From positions 93,452 to 157,451 of the forward strand of contig CAZAKN010000002.1 in NCBI GenBank assembly GCA_964486065.1: a stretch of DNA of 64,000 bases. Reading direction: 5' to 3'. This document shows, one piece after another, positions 32,645-43,125 of the stretch (position 1 is the stretch's first letter; every line of letters starts with the position of its first letter). The notes below the pieces were generated by a model. That model worked only from the letters and a program-made list of their open reading frames with translations, did no database searches and was not told where the DNA came from. A program made the position numbers and the translations under genes. Origin of the DNA: an uncultured Gammaproteobacteria bacterium (GTDB lineage: Bacteria; Patescibacteriota; Patescibacteriia; UBA11705; JABHMO01).

Positions 32645-33196
32645 TTATTGTTCTTTTTTTAACATCTGATACATGGCGTGATAAATTAAAAATGTTTGAA
32701 TTTCCTGTAAAGCCTTGGTGAAACACAAACGGATTCGCTCCGCTTCCGATAAATAACGCAATTCATATTTGGAATAAATATCATCCATTTTGTGCACTAT
32801 TTCGTATAGCACCTCCTTATTAACCCGATCAACTTGCCTTTGGCTTTGAGAAAGTAATTCTATTCCACGAGCATCTATTTTAAATTTTTCTATAAACTGA
32901 AAATCAATTGATTCTTGTATTTCTTTTTCAGCTTCAGCGAAATATTTTTCCAATTTATACAATGCCAAGATCTTTCTTTCCAATAACTTTGCTTCTATTC
33001 GCAAATGGAAATTTTTATCCTGACTATAGGTCTCCAAAATTGCCACATCATCCAAACGACAATACGCCAATAATTGCCAACGCATAAACCATCTGCTGAT
33101 GATAGTCCCCAAGTTCACGACAAGGAACAAAACGAGAATCAGTGTAATAAATTCGCCTATTATTTTTTCCACCAGTATCTCCCTGTTAAAGAACAT
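32645..33196 (-). CDS. Hypothetical protein with an N-terminal TM (start uncertain)
   Basis: 183-aa ORF; an internal GGGAG before a GTG suggests a slightly later start. Confidence 0.6.
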   Translation of the reverse strand: MFFNREILVEKIIGEFITLILVLFLVVNLGTIISRWFMRWQLLAYCRLDDVAILETYSQDKNFHLRIEAKLLERKILALYKLEKYFAEAEKEIQESIDFQFIEKFKIDARGIELLSQSQRQVDRVNKEVLYEIVHKMDDIYSKYELRYLSEAERIRLCFTKALQEIQTFLIYHAMYQMLKKEQ

Positions 33197-33313
33197 TTAA
33201 ACTAATGAAACTTCAGTTTCTCATCAATCGTCTTAAGTTATAACTCTTGCATCTTATTAAAGATCAATTGTCATGTCAATTAAAAAAGAAGCCGGCTTTC
33301 CGGCTTCTTGTCT

Positions 33314-33937
33314 TTAATTAATCATTTCATATCCACCATATAAAATAAAGGTACAAACAAATGGAACTGAGAAATTATCATATTCACCGGAAAACAATTC
33401 CATAAACGCTCCGATTCCCGCCGTAAACACGATCAAGATCGGTGAAATTATGCCTCCTGTCGCAACGGAAAAAACAAGCGCGGAAATACTTGCTGTTACA
33501 AAAAAAGCCAGTGTTCCATTTCTTGTTTTTTCTTTATACCACTTGGGACTGATCGTTGCTTTACCCACGATTCTGGCCATCGGATCTCCGAAAGCAAGGA
33601 AAATTGAAGCGACAACGCCGATTTCACGAGGAAAATCAGTCATTAATTGTAAAACAATGATTACCATTCCCGCGACAGCATAATAGCTGGAATTACTTAA
33701 CTTCTTCTGCTCACTGACGCGGATAAACTCATTCATCCAATTCGGCAGAATGTACTTATTAACAAAAGTAACTTCCTGACTACGCAAGTAATCAAGAGAC
33801 ACAAAGGTGATTCCGATCAACAGCAAAATCAAAGAACCAAATCTATTAGCGGAATAAAAGAGCAAAGCAACCGCCAATACCGAAAGGCAATGCCAAACTG
33901 CCCTGTTTATTTCATACACTTTTTGATGTAGTGGCAT
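33314..33937 (-). CDS. CTP-dependent diacylglycerol/polyprenol (dolichol/phytol) kinase-like membrane protein
   Basis: R.VWH, FGDPMARIVGK, KT.NGT..F, DNFSVP. Confidence 0.75.
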   Translation of the reverse strand: MPLHQKVYEINRAVWHCLSVLAVALLFYSANRFGSLILLLIGITFVSLDYLRSQEVTFVNKYILPNWMNEFIRVSEQKKLSNSSYYAVAGMVIIVLQLMTDFPREIGVVASIFLAFGDPMARIVGKATISPKWYKEKTRNGTLAFFVTASISALVFSVATGGIISPILIVFTAGIGAFMELFSGEYDNFSVPFVCTFILYGGYEMIN

Positions 33938-33995
33938 TATAGCCTCCTTCTTGTTAAAGAGGGAACTTCGGTAACACTAATTCTGAAATGATACT

Positions 33996-35084
33996 TTAAA
34001 CATTAAATTTAAAATTACAAACATCTCCGTCTTGCATAATATAATTTTTACCTTCTATACGAATCAAACCTTTTTCTTTAGCCGTAACTTCACTACCGGC
34101 AATCAATAGATCTTGCCAATTTATCACATCCACGGCAATAAATCCTTTTTCAAAATCGCCATGTATTCGGCCCGCCGCCTGAGGCGCTTTTGTCCCCAGC
34201 TCAATAGTCCAAGCACGACTTTCTTTCGGTCCGGTGGTTAAAAAACTGATTAAATTCAATAATTTATATGATTCACTGATAATCCTGTCCAAACCGGTTC
34301 TGGTGATTTGCAGTTCATTTAAATACTCCTCTACCTCTTTTTTTGACAATTCCGCGAACTCAGCTTCCAATTTCGCGCATACGGGAATAATTATTTCATC
34401 TTTCAGGGAGGGTAAATTAATCGGCTCGGAAATTTTGTTTTCATCAACATTCAAAATGTAAATCATCGGTTTCAAGGTCAGTAAGTTCAAATACGCCAAA
34501 GATTTTTTTTCTTCATCAGACAACTCCACTTTTCGCAAAACCTCACCTTGTTCCAAGTTCGGCATGATTTTTTTTTCTAAAAGTTCTATCGTTTTTTGTA
34601 AATTATCCAACTCTTTACCTTTTAATCCTTTGATTTTTTTTTGCAATTTTTCCAAATGCGCGGAAACACTTTCCAAATCAGCCAAAGCCAATTCCGTATT
34701 TATAACTTCCATGTCATGTGCGGGATCAATTTTACCATCCACATGAGTAATATCTCCATTGTGAAAATTACGCAAAACCTGAACAATCGCGTCCACTTCG
34801 CGAATATGTGACAAAAATTTATTACCCAAACCTTCGCCACGGCTAGCGCCTTTGACCAGACCGGCAATGTCCACGAATTCAATAGTTGTAAAAATCATTT
34901 TTTCGGATCGTGACATTTGCGCCAATTTTTCCAATCGTTCATCCGGAACTTCCACTATTCCTTTGTTCGGCTCAATCGTGCAAAAAGGATAATTGGCAAT
35001 ATCAATCTGTTTTTTGGTTAGTGCTTTGAATAATGTTGACTTACCGACATTGGGTAATCCCACTATCCCCATGGAAAATGACAT
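33996..35084 (-). CDS. ychF: Ribosome-binding ATPase YchF
   Basis: GIVGLPNVGKST, ANYPFCTIEPN, DIAGLVKGAS. Confidence 0.97.
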   Translation of the reverse strand: MSFSMGIVGLPNVGKSTLFKALTKKQIDIANYPFCTIEPNKGIVEVPDERLEKLAQMSRSEKMIFTTIEFVDIAGLVKGASRGEGLGNKFLSHIREVDAIVQVLRNFHNGDITHVDGKIDPAHDMEVINTELALADLESVSAHLEKLQKKIKGLKGKELDNLQKTIELLEKKIMPNLEQGEVLRKVELSDEEKKSLAYLNLLTLKPMIYILNVDENKISEPINLPSLKDEIIIPVCAKLEAEFAELSKKEVEEYLNELQITRTGLDRIISESYKLLNLISFLTTGPKESRAWTIELGTKAPQAAGRIHGDFEKGFIAVDVINWQDLLIAGSEVTAKEKGLIRIEGKNYIMQDGDVCNFKFNV

Positions 35085-35135
35085 ATGAAGATAAAAGCGA
35101 GGTAAAACCCCGCTTTTTTAAAATTATTATTAAAT

Positions 35136-36107
35136 CTATTCAGTCGCGGGTTGGTCTTCCGGAACGGATTCAGGTTCTCCTGCCGGAGCGGTCTCACATT
35201 CTTCTCCTTCGGGACAATCTTCCGACTGAGGTTCGCTTACCGCGGGATCAAGCTTTTGAACCGTGGCAAAAGTAGCGACCATTTCTTCAAATTCTTTACG
35301 ATATTTAAAATAATTATCCAAAGTTTTATCTGATATATTAAAGCTGGCGCGATAAATATTATCAGCCGTAAATATCAAAACAGTGGGAATTTCTTTATTG
35401 TCTTTGTCCAAATTAATGAAGTATAACATTTTCCCATCCGGAAAATCATAAGAATCAATCACATTTAATTCTTTTTGAAAAATGTTATATTTTTCATCCA
35501 CCGATAAAGTCGCGAAATCCGTATAATCAACCATGAACGAAACCGCTTCCGCGTATTTCTCGGCATTAATTGGTTGCAAAATCAATTTCTCCGCGGTTTT
35601 GTCCGCTTCCGCGTCTTCAGGTAAAGGAACTATTTGCCAATCACTAGGATAACTGACAATGTAACTCCATTCATTCTCATCAAACACCTGCCAGCCACTG
35701 GCGTCAACATTGCGCGGAAGACTACGGTTTTTATCAAAAATATCAATCACCGCTTCTTTATTGGACATGTTGGATTTTTCCAAATCTATAGCTCGCTCTT
35801 TTAAAGTGGCTAATTCTTTTTGCAAAGAATCAATTTGGTCTTCCATCTCCTGACTGACCACTTCACTGCCTGTACGCAATTCCGTGATTTTGTCTTTGGC
35901 ATAACCGAACACCAAACCGATTATCCCCAAAATAACTACCACGGCAATAACCAAATTGAACAAGTGATTTTCTCCTTTTTTAGCTTGTTCCAATTTTTCA
36001 TTCATTACCTTTTCTTTTTTAGTGGCGCCAGATTTTTTCCGACCGGTTTTGGTTTTCGGCTTTTTAGCCTCGGCTTTTACCTCATCTTTTTGTTTTTTTT
36101 CAGCCAT
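35136..36107 (-). CDS. Membrane-anchored hypothetical protein (TM, coiled coil, possible PsbP-like domain)
   Basis: Basic N-terminus, TM, VSYPSDW motif. Confidence 0.7.
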   Translation of the reverse strand: MAEKKQKDEVKAEAKKPKTKTGRKKSGATKKEKVMNEKLEQAKKGENHLFNLVIAVVVILGIIGLVFGYAKDKITELRTGSEVVSQEMEDQIDSLQKELATLKERAIDLEKSNMSNKEAVIDIFDKNRSLPRNVDASGWQVFDENEWSYIVSYPSDWQIVPLPEDAEADKTAEKLILQPINAEKYAEAVSFMVDYTDFATLSVDEKYNIFQKELNVIDSYDFPDGKMLYFINLDKDNKEIPTVLIFTADNIYRASFNISDKTLDNYFKYRKEFEEMVATFATVQKLDPAVSEPQSEDCPEGEECETAPAGEPESVPEDQPATE

Positions 36108-36284
36108 ATTATTTTTGCAAATATTATGCTTTAAAGGTTATTATTCAAAAATATTTTATCATGAAACAAAGACGCGGACAAGCTTTGACAAAATTGGCTT
36201 ATCTGGCTTTATCATGATAAAACCAAATTGCAAAAAGACCGGAAAAAGGCTATTATATAAATATAAAACACATAAAAAAACAAT

Positions 36285-38063
36285 ATGGATTCAATTGAAG
36301 ATTTATTATCCTCGAAAAGTAAAGCCAAATTGGGCGGTCAAACTTCTGACGATCAAACCGATGATACGCAAGATGATAAAAAACAGTCTCCCGAAGAAAA
36401 AACACCAGTTGCGGAAACCTCCGGAGATCAAGCTTTGGCTGAAAAAATGAAACAAATGAAAATAATGGAAAATGAAAATCAAGTTAAAGCCGAAGCGGAG
36501 GGAAACAATATGCCTTACATTGATTTGACTGAATTTCCGATCAGTCAAGAAGCTTTGCAATTGGTACCATTGAATGTTTCTCAAGATCGCGAAGTCGTTT
36601 CTTTTATCAGCACGGGTGAACAAATCCGACTGGGAGTAACCGATCCACACAATCCACATTTGGAAAAAATAACTCATACTTTAGAAGAATCTCACCATGC
36701 CAAAGTTGAAGCTTATTTGATTTCACAACGCAGTCTAAAAAAGGCTTTAGAAATATATGACAAAATTCCAAAGTATAAAAAACCGGCCCGAGGCGTGGAA
36801 ATTTCCGAAGAAGAATTGGAAAAGTTTAAAACAATCGCCAAAGATTTTGACGCATTGAACGAACAAGTTAAAAAAGTGAATATGACGGAAATGGTAAGTT
36901 TGATCATTGCAGCGGCGTTACAAGCCGGATCTTCCGATATTCACATTGAAGCGGAAGAAAAAGATGTGAAGGTTCGTTTGCGCGTGGACGGCATACTTCA
37001 CGAAGCCGCGTCCATGGATAAAAAAATATGGCCCAAGGTTATTTCCAGAATCAAACTTTTATCAGGTTTAAAAATGAATATTGACAAACAACCGCAAGAT
37101 GGTCGTTTTGCCATCAATACAGCAAAAGAAAAAATTGATGTTCGTGTTTCCACTTTACCGACCACTTGGGGAGAATCCGTGGTAATGAGGTTATTAAAAT
37201 CATCTTCAATCGGTTTGGAATTTGAACAATTGGGAATTACCGGCAAAGCTTATGAAGATTTAAAGACGCAAGTGGAACGACCGAACGGCATGATTATCAC
37301 CACGGGTCCGACCGGCTCCGGTAAAACCACCACCTTATACGCGATTTTGAACAAGTTGAACGAAGAAGGCACTAAAATTATCACCTTGGAAGATCCCGTG
37401 GAATACAAACTGCAGGGTATTAACCAAAGTCAAATTGATCATTCCAAAGGATACTCTTTCGCTGATGGATTAAAATCAATTTTACGCCAAGATCCCGATG
37501 TTGTGATGGTCGGTGAGTTGCGAGATCTGGAAACCGCGGATGTGGCCATTAACGCCGCTTTAACCGGACATATGGTAATTTCAACCATTCATACCAATAG
37601 TGCCGCAGGCGCCATTCCTCGCTTTTTAGCCATGGGCGTAAAGCCTTTTCTGTTGGCTCCGGCCTTGAACGCGATTATGGGGCAAAGACTTTGTAGGCGC
37701 GTTTGCCAAGAATGTAAACAAGAAACCGAACTGGATGAAAAAACATTAACTCGCGTCAAAGATCTTTTAAACGCCATTCCCGACGATCATCCCGATAAAC
37801 CTAAAATAGAGAATTTGAAATTTTATAAAGGTGGTGGCTGTGAGGCTTGCAACGGCATCGGCTACAAAGGTCGCGTGGGTATTTACGAAATCATGAGCAT
37901 GACACCGGAATTGGAAAAAATAATTTTAAGTGGTAAAGTTTCCGAATATGAAATGCAGGATTATGCCGTAAAAAACGGGATGTTAACCATGTCTCAAGAC
38001 GGAATCATTAAAGCTCTTCAAGGCATAACCAGCGTGGAAGAAGTATTCCGAGTAAGTGAATAA
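36285..38063 (+). CDS. pilB: Type IV pilus assembly ATPase PilB/GspE family
   Basis: SDIHIE, PQDGR, GPTGSGKTTT, LRQDPD, CxxC zinc motifs. Confidence 0.9.
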   Translation: MDSIEDLLSSKSKAKLGGQTSDDQTDDTQDDKKQSPEEKTPVAETSGDQALAEKMKQMKIMENENQVKAEAEGNNMPYIDLTEFPISQEALQLVPLNVSQDREVVSFISTGEQIRLGVTDPHNPHLEKITHTLEESHHAKVEAYLISQRSLKKALEIYDKIPKYKKPARGVEISEEELEKFKTIAKDFDALNEQVKKVNMTEMVSLIIAAALQAGSSDIHIEAEEKDVKVRLRVDGILHEAASMDKKIWPKVISRIKLLSGLKMNIDKQPQDGRFAINTAKEKIDVRVSTLPTTWGESVVMRLLKSSSIGLEFEQLGITGKAYEDLKTQVERPNGMIITTGPTGSGKTTTLYAILNKLNEEGTKIITLEDPVEYKLQGINQSQIDHSKGYSFADGLKSILRQDPDVVMVGELRDLETADVAINAALTGHMVISTIHTNSAAGAIPRFLAMGVKPFLLAPALNAIMGQRLCRRVCQECKQETELDEKTLTRVKDLLNAIPDDHPDKPKIENLKFYKGGGCEACNGIGYKGRVGIYEIMSMTPELEKIILSGKVSEYEMQDYAVKNGMLTMSQDGIIKALQGITSVEEVFRVSE

Positions 38064-38081
38064 ATAAACGATTCCAATAAT

Positions 38082-38426
38082 ATGAAAAATGAAAAAAACC
38101 TGAAAATTATTTTATCGGAATCGGTATTATATTAGGTATTCCCTTGGGAATTATTTTCAGCACATCTTTGAAAAATCCCTCATTTTTCGGTATCGGCTTA
38201 ACTATAGGATTTATTATCGGTTTAGCTTTGGAAAAAAATATATAAAACAAGGAAAAATCCGTCCACTTACCGAAAAAGAGTTCAACCGAATTTCTCTGAT
38301 CCTTTAATTTTTTTAGGATTTATTTTTTCCATAATCGGTTTAACAAGTACCGTAACGGAAACCGCCAATATAGGTATATGGTCACTGGGTATTGTTTTTT
38401 TCTTATCCGGCATATTCAAAAAATAA
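38082..38426 (+). pseudogene. Frameshifted small membrane protein
   Basis: Three hydrophobic/coding segments join into one ORF if single bases are added at A7 38092, A7 38232 and about 38290. Confidence 0.55.
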
Positions 38427-38488
38427 ATAATTTTAATATTAAAAAATCGTTCGGTAGTCCGAACGATTTTTGTTTTGTTCACTTCAAG

Positions 38489-38842
38489 TCAAGCAGGGAA
38501 AGTTCTCCTTCGCCTAAACATTAAGTTTCCACTTAAAATTAAGCAGAGCGTGCCCCAAGCTCCAGAAATAATCCCGGCTGTTAACGGAGCTCCCGCTTTT
38601 ACGATGATAAGCGGAAAAACGAACAAAAGTGGGAAAAAAAATCCGGCACATACAATTGAAATCGCCAGCCAAAAACCAAACACTTTCCCCCACCAATAAC
38701 CAGTAATTTGGCAAAAATCTTTGGCGCCATCTCTTTGCGATGCCAAAAAGAAAAAACTTAACAATCACGTAGTCCACATAATATAGCCCAAGTACAACAC
38801 TTTCCACAATTCAAAAGGTTCTTGATAATACAAACTATGCAT
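38489..38842 (-). pseudogene. Membrane protein with an in-frame TGA at 38765-38767
   Basis: AGGAGG SD, ATG 38842, 25 codons, TGA, then 91 in-frame hydrophobic codons. Confidence 0.6.
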
Positions 38843-39038
38843 GTTTTCCTCCTTTGGAATTTCAACCATTCAACGACTCAATTTAACAATTCCAATGTAT
38901 TCTGTCAAACATATGTAGCTAAAATTCTTTGGCAACATCTCTTTGTAATGACGTGGTATTTGACAAAAAAATAATAAAAAGGTAATCTAATAAATCAAAT
39001 TAACTGTTCTTCCAATTGCTGATGAAAGGCTTATCTGA

Positions 39039-39224
39039 ATGTCTCACACAGTAATTCCTCACCAAGAAATCATTAACCGAATAGCGGAAAAAAGACGGCA
39101 AGCTTTCATTCGTGAACAAAAAAAATCCGACAAAGAAATATGGCTTGTGCCTGCCGGATTGACCATACAAGTTCAAATAAAAATAATGAAAAGATTTCTC
39201 AAAGAAGAAAACGAAGATCATTAG
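39039..39224 (+). CDS. Small hypothetical protein
   Basis: Own TTGACA-N17-TAATCT promoter (38960) and a downstream hairpin. Confidence 0.45.
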   Translation: MSHTVIPHQEIINRIAEKRRQAFIREQKKSDKEIWLVPAGLTIQVQIKIMKRFLKEENEDH

Positions 39225-39235
39225 GGAGTAGCACG

Positions 39236-40075
39236 CTACTCCCCTTTTTTATTCAAATAATCAATTATTTCGGAATATTTATTTATAATATCTTTGAAAT
39301 TATCCGCTTTATACTTATCCTCATATCTTAAAAATATTTTTGTTAAATCAAGATAAAGCTTTAATTGCATTTTAATATTCTGAAATATTTCCTTCCTTAA
39401 TTCATCCATTATTTCTTGATCTCTCTCATTTAATTTATGTCCTTTGAGGATCAAATCCTTAAAGTTTTCAGCTTGATGGGGCAACATTTGTAAAATAATA
39501 CTAGGCATTCTTTTTCTTCCTTTATCTTCTATTTTATCATCATTGATAAAATATTTTACTTCATTCAATCTACCCTCTTCAATATTATTTTTAATTTTCA
39601 TTTCCTTTTTTTCCAGAATTTTACGATCAGGCGATATTGTTGCGTCAACCGCTAAATACAAGTAATCATCTTCTCCTTTTTCGTTTTCTTTACGAAAACT
39701 TAAAACAAAATCCACACCATTGAACAAATCATCATAATTACTTCCCGGACAAACGGAAACATCTCCGTCCAACCAATTTCTTTCATGAAAGGCTTCCATT
39801 AAACAATATTCAAAATCTTCCGATAATTGCTCATAAACTATCTTATTGAAACGAGATTCCGTTGCCAAACCGCCAATTTTTCCCAATACCATTTTGTTAT
39901 CTTCTCTTAATTCCTGTTTCGTATAAACCGATTTTCCGTTAGTGTCTTGCAAATCTTCAAATTCATCAATTTGAGGACGCAAGGATTGCCAGTCTTTTAC
40001 CAGTTTTTCAAAATCAATCCGTTTTGGCGCAATTTCTTTTTCTTCTCTTATTGCAAAATTTACATTTTTTTCCAT
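39236..40075 (-). CDS. Hypothetical protein (possible PD-(D/E)XK-like fold)
   Basis: 279 aa; YDDLFNGVDFVL..LAVDAT. Confidence 0.7.
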   Translation of the reverse strand: MEKNVNFAIREEKEIAPKRIDFEKLVKDWQSLRPQIDEFEDLQDTNGKSVYTKQELREDNKMVLGKIGGLATESRFNKIVYEQLSEDFEYCLMEAFHERNWLDGDVSVCPGSNYDDLFNGVDFVLSFRKENEKGEDDYLYLAVDATISPDRKILEKKEMKIKNNIEEGRLNEVKYFINDDKIEDKGRKRMPSIILQMLPHQAENFKDLILKGHKLNERDQEIMDELRKEIFQNIKMQLKLYLDLTKIFLRYEDKYKADNFKDIINKYSEIIDYLNKKGE

Positions 40076-40081
40076 AGGTTA

Positions 40082-40504
40082 TTAGTATTTTATTTCTCTT
40101 TTATTGAAATCCAAATTTTTAATTATAATTTTTTTAAATTTAATACTATTCTTTTTTAAATATTTTTCCAACCCTTCTCCCCATTCCACGAAACAAACCG
40201 TGGCCGTTCGCCCAAAATATTCCAAAGCTCCAATCTCTTGCAAATCCGTCAAATCCGCGCCACGATATGTGTCTATGTGCACCAAAGTTTTGATTTTACA
40301 TTTCTCGCATTCATATGCTTTCATCAATGTGAAAGTCGGACTGGTGATGCGATTTTTATATTTCAAGCCGATCGCAACGCCTTTAACAAAAACAGTTTTA
40401 CCGGCTCCCAAATCTCCAATCAATAAACAAACTTCCCCACCTCGCAAAGATTTGGCGAATTTTTCCGCGATTTCAATTGTTTGTTTTTCGCTTGAAGAAA
40501 TCAT
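40082..40504 (-). CDS. tsaE: t6A biosynthesis ATPase TsaE
   Basis: GDLGAGKT, SPTFTL, HIDTYR, VEW. Confidence 0.95.
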   Translation of the reverse strand: MISSSEKQTIEIAEKFAKSLRGGEVCLLIGDLGAGKTVFVKGVAIGLKYKNRITSPTFTLMKAYECEKCKIKTLVHIDTYRGADLTDLQEIGALEYFGRTATVCFVEWGEGLEKYLKKNSIKFKKIIIKNLDFNKREIKY

Positions 40505-40505
40505 A

Positions 40506-41549
40506 TTACACCAACTCCCAATTTGGATCGGCTTTTAATTTAAAAGGTGAAATAAATTTTTTATTTCGCGCGTGATAATACGCGGCTTTAGCTATCATTA
40601 CGGCATTATCCCCGGTTAATTCAATGGCCGGTAAATGCAGCTTTCCTTGATAATTCATGGCTTGCAATTTATCTGTAATATTTTTACGCAAATCAAGGTT
40701 GGCACTTACCCCTCCACCCAAAATTACGCTTTTCGCTTGGAATTTTTCCATGGCCTTTATTGTTTTCAATGTTAAAACATCCACCACCGCATTTTGGAAT
40801 TCCCGAGCTACTTCGCTTTTTTTTATATACAAAGATTTTCCGCGATATTCTTTTTGTAGATCACGCCATAAATACAAAACCGCGGTTTTTAAACCGGAAA
40901 AACTCATGTCAAAACTATTCGCGTTCAACATGGGACGAGGTAATTCCACCGTTACTTCCTCATCAAGTAATTTGTCCGCTTCGCGGAATATCGCAGGCCC
41001 CCCCGGATAACCGAGCTTTAATATCTTGGCCACTTTATCAAATGCTTCGCCGGCAGCGTCATCACGAGTTTGACCGATTAATTCATATTGTCCGGTTTTT
41101 TTAATTAAAATAATCTGCGAATGTCCACCTGAAACAATCAAACCAATCGCCGGTAATTCTTTTGGCTTGATCGTTTCATCAAAACCCGCCAATAAATGTC
41201 CTTCAATATGATTAACCGCGATTAATTTTTTATTGAAAGCATAAGCTAAAGTTTTGGCAGTTTCCACTCCCGCCATAAGCGAGCTGATCAGACCAGGGCC
41301 GGAACAGACAGCTAAATAATTAACTTTTAACATTTTAACCTTTGCCTTGTTTAACGCGAAATCAATCACCGGCAAAATATCGCGAATATGCATGCGCGCT
41401 GCCACTTCCGGCACCACTCCACCATACTTGGCATGAGTTTTCATTTGAGAAGAAATAACATTGGATAAAACCGAAAACCGACCACGCTTAACCTCCACCA
41501 CCGAAGCCGCGGTTTCATCACATGATGATTCTATGCCAAGGATTATCAT
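40506..41549 (-). CDS. tsaD: t6A transferase TsaD
   Basis: GIESSCDET, HIEGH, SGGH, DDAAGEAFDK, DNAVMIA. Confidence 0.97.
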   Translation of the reverse strand: MIILGIESSCDETAASVVEVKRGRFSVLSNVISSQMKTHAKYGGVVPEVAARMHIRDILPVIDFALNKAKVKMLKVNYLAVCSGPGLISSLMAGVETAKTLAYAFNKKLIAVNHIEGHLLAGFDETIKPKELPAIGLIVSGGHSQIILIKKTGQYELIGQTRDDAAGEAFDKVAKILKLGYPGGPAIFREADKLLDEEVTVELPRPMLNANSFDMSFSGLKTAVLYLWRDLQKEYRGKSLYIKKSEVAREFQNAVVDVLTLKTIKAMEKFQAKSVILGGGVSANLDLRKNITDKLQAMNYQGKLHLPAIELTGDNAVMIAKAAYYHARNKKFISPFKLKADPNWELV

Positions 41550-41699
41550 ATTTTAAAAATTTCATTACTATTTTCTCATGTTAAGTGATTTTTGTAAATC
41601 CAAAGAAATCTTTGTCTTTAATAATAAAAAGATTTTTGTATTAAAAAAACCCGTCACCTTGTGGTGACGGGAGCAATGCGCTTTCCCAATGGGAAAACA

Positions 41700-42290
41700 C
41701 TAATCGTCAATATCCGTATCCGAAGGGATTAATGCCTCAAAAGCCTCCGTCCAATCCTTGGATCCATCCACATTAAAACGAGCATGGATGAACTTGCAAG
41801 GAACATCATTGATCTTCATGGATGTTTTTTGACAAGAATACTCCACCAACCAGTCCAATGAAGCGCTCATGGCATGATGGTGATGACTGACATCACTCAC
41901 GACCGCCATGGCCTTAACCCTTTCGCCATGCTCACGAGCAACATGGAACATCAAAGGAAAACCGTATGGCATGGACTCGCCTCGCCGATGTTCACAACCG
42001 GACCCCAGCGCTTGATCACTGGCCGGCATCATCAAGTCAATCAAGACCAGAGCAAAGTCAAACTTCGGCGTAAGCTCTTTTTCCTTCTCTCGGAACTCAT
42101 CGTCACAAACAATGCCTCCATAAAATGGCCTCCCGAGAGCTCTATAAACCTCCCTGCCACTCACCCTTTGATGGATTAAATCCATCGCCGAGTCATAAGA
42201 GTCGACAGTAACCACTTCATGTTCAGCCGAGAATGCTTTCTCGGCGGATTCGCGGTTTTCTTGCTTGTCATCAATCACCAGAATCTTCAT
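41700..42290 (-). CDS. Stand-alone receiver-domain-like protein
   Basis: MKILVIDD..LIDLMMP. Confidence 0.7.
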   Translation of the reverse strand: MKILVIDDKQENRESAEKAFSAEHEVVTVDSYDSAMDLIHQRVSGREVYRALGRPFYGGIVCDDEFREKEKELTPKFDFALVLIDLMMPASDQALGSGCEHRRGESMPYGFPLMFHVAREHGERVKAMAVVSDVSHHHHAMSASLDWLVEYSCQKTSMKINDVPCKFIHARFNVDGSKDWTEAFEALIPSDTDIDD

Positions 42291-42900
42291 TGTCGTTATC
42301 CTCTTGCTTTGGAGTTAGGTTTTGTTTGACGCCTTGAACAGACGCCTGACCGAGTTGGAATGCTTCCGCCGCGATCGCAATCACCGTATCGCGAATCGGA
42401 TCAAGGTTCATCATCTGTCGCAAAGTCACCAACCCGGCAACCGCCTCCTCATCCGAAAACGCTCCACCATGCTTTACGATAAGCTCGGGAGTAATCCGGA
42501 CAAGACCGACAATGACTTCCTCTCCACCCATACCCGCGATCCAATCTTGCGCTTCTCCAACAGAATCACATTCCGTGTGAATGACCGCAATCGGTTCACC
42601 TTGAGCAAAAGCCAATGCTAATGCCTCTGGCACCTTCTCTACGATCTTTTTCTCCTCGGGAAACTTTTCCCCGATAGAGACATCGACGGCCCTCAAAACC
42701 TGTTCCTGTTCAGTCCCGAAAGACTGAACCCTGAAGGTAACGTCAACTCCGGGTCTGGTCAACATCGCTCCGGAATGAAGAGATGCTACCAGAAATTTCT
42801 GACTATGATGTTTGCTGTTTGGATCATTGACTCTGACGGTCCACAACAATTCATTTGCCACCTTGTCGTAACCTACGACAAAACCTTTGATCCGTTTCAT
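42271..42900 (-). CDS. Hypothetical protein
   Basis: AAGGAG SD before ATG 42900; overlaps the next gene. Confidence 0.7.
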   Translation of the reverse strand: MKRIKGFVVGYDKVANELLWTVRVNDPNSKHHSQKFLVASLHSGAMLTRPGVDVTFRVQSFGTEQEQVLRAVDVSIGEKFPEEKKIVEKVPEALALAFAQGEPIAVIHTECDSVGEAQDWIAGMGGEEVIVGLVRITPELIVKHGGAFSDEEAVAGLVTLRQMMNLDPIRDTVIAIAAEAFQLGQASVQGVKQNLTPKQEDNDNEDSGD

Positions 42901-43050
42901 GTGCGAATCTCCTTTCATGTCACAACCCGCGACATATGTTAAAGATCTCAATTACTCACTAACACCTGTGAGAATTATCAATTTAACAGTAAAAGAAAGA
43001 TAAGTCAATTTCAAAAAACAAAAATCACTCATCATTAAATGAGTGACTTT

Positions 43051-43125
43051 TGGTGACCCCAAGGGGAATCGAACCCCTGTTTTCAGGATGAAAACCTGAT
43101 GTCCTAACCACTAGACGATGGGGCC
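43051..43125 (-). tRNA. tRNA-Glu(TTC)
   Basis: GGCCCCATCGTCTAGTGG..TTC anticodon..GGTTCGATTCC..CCA cloverleaf. Confidence 0.97.
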
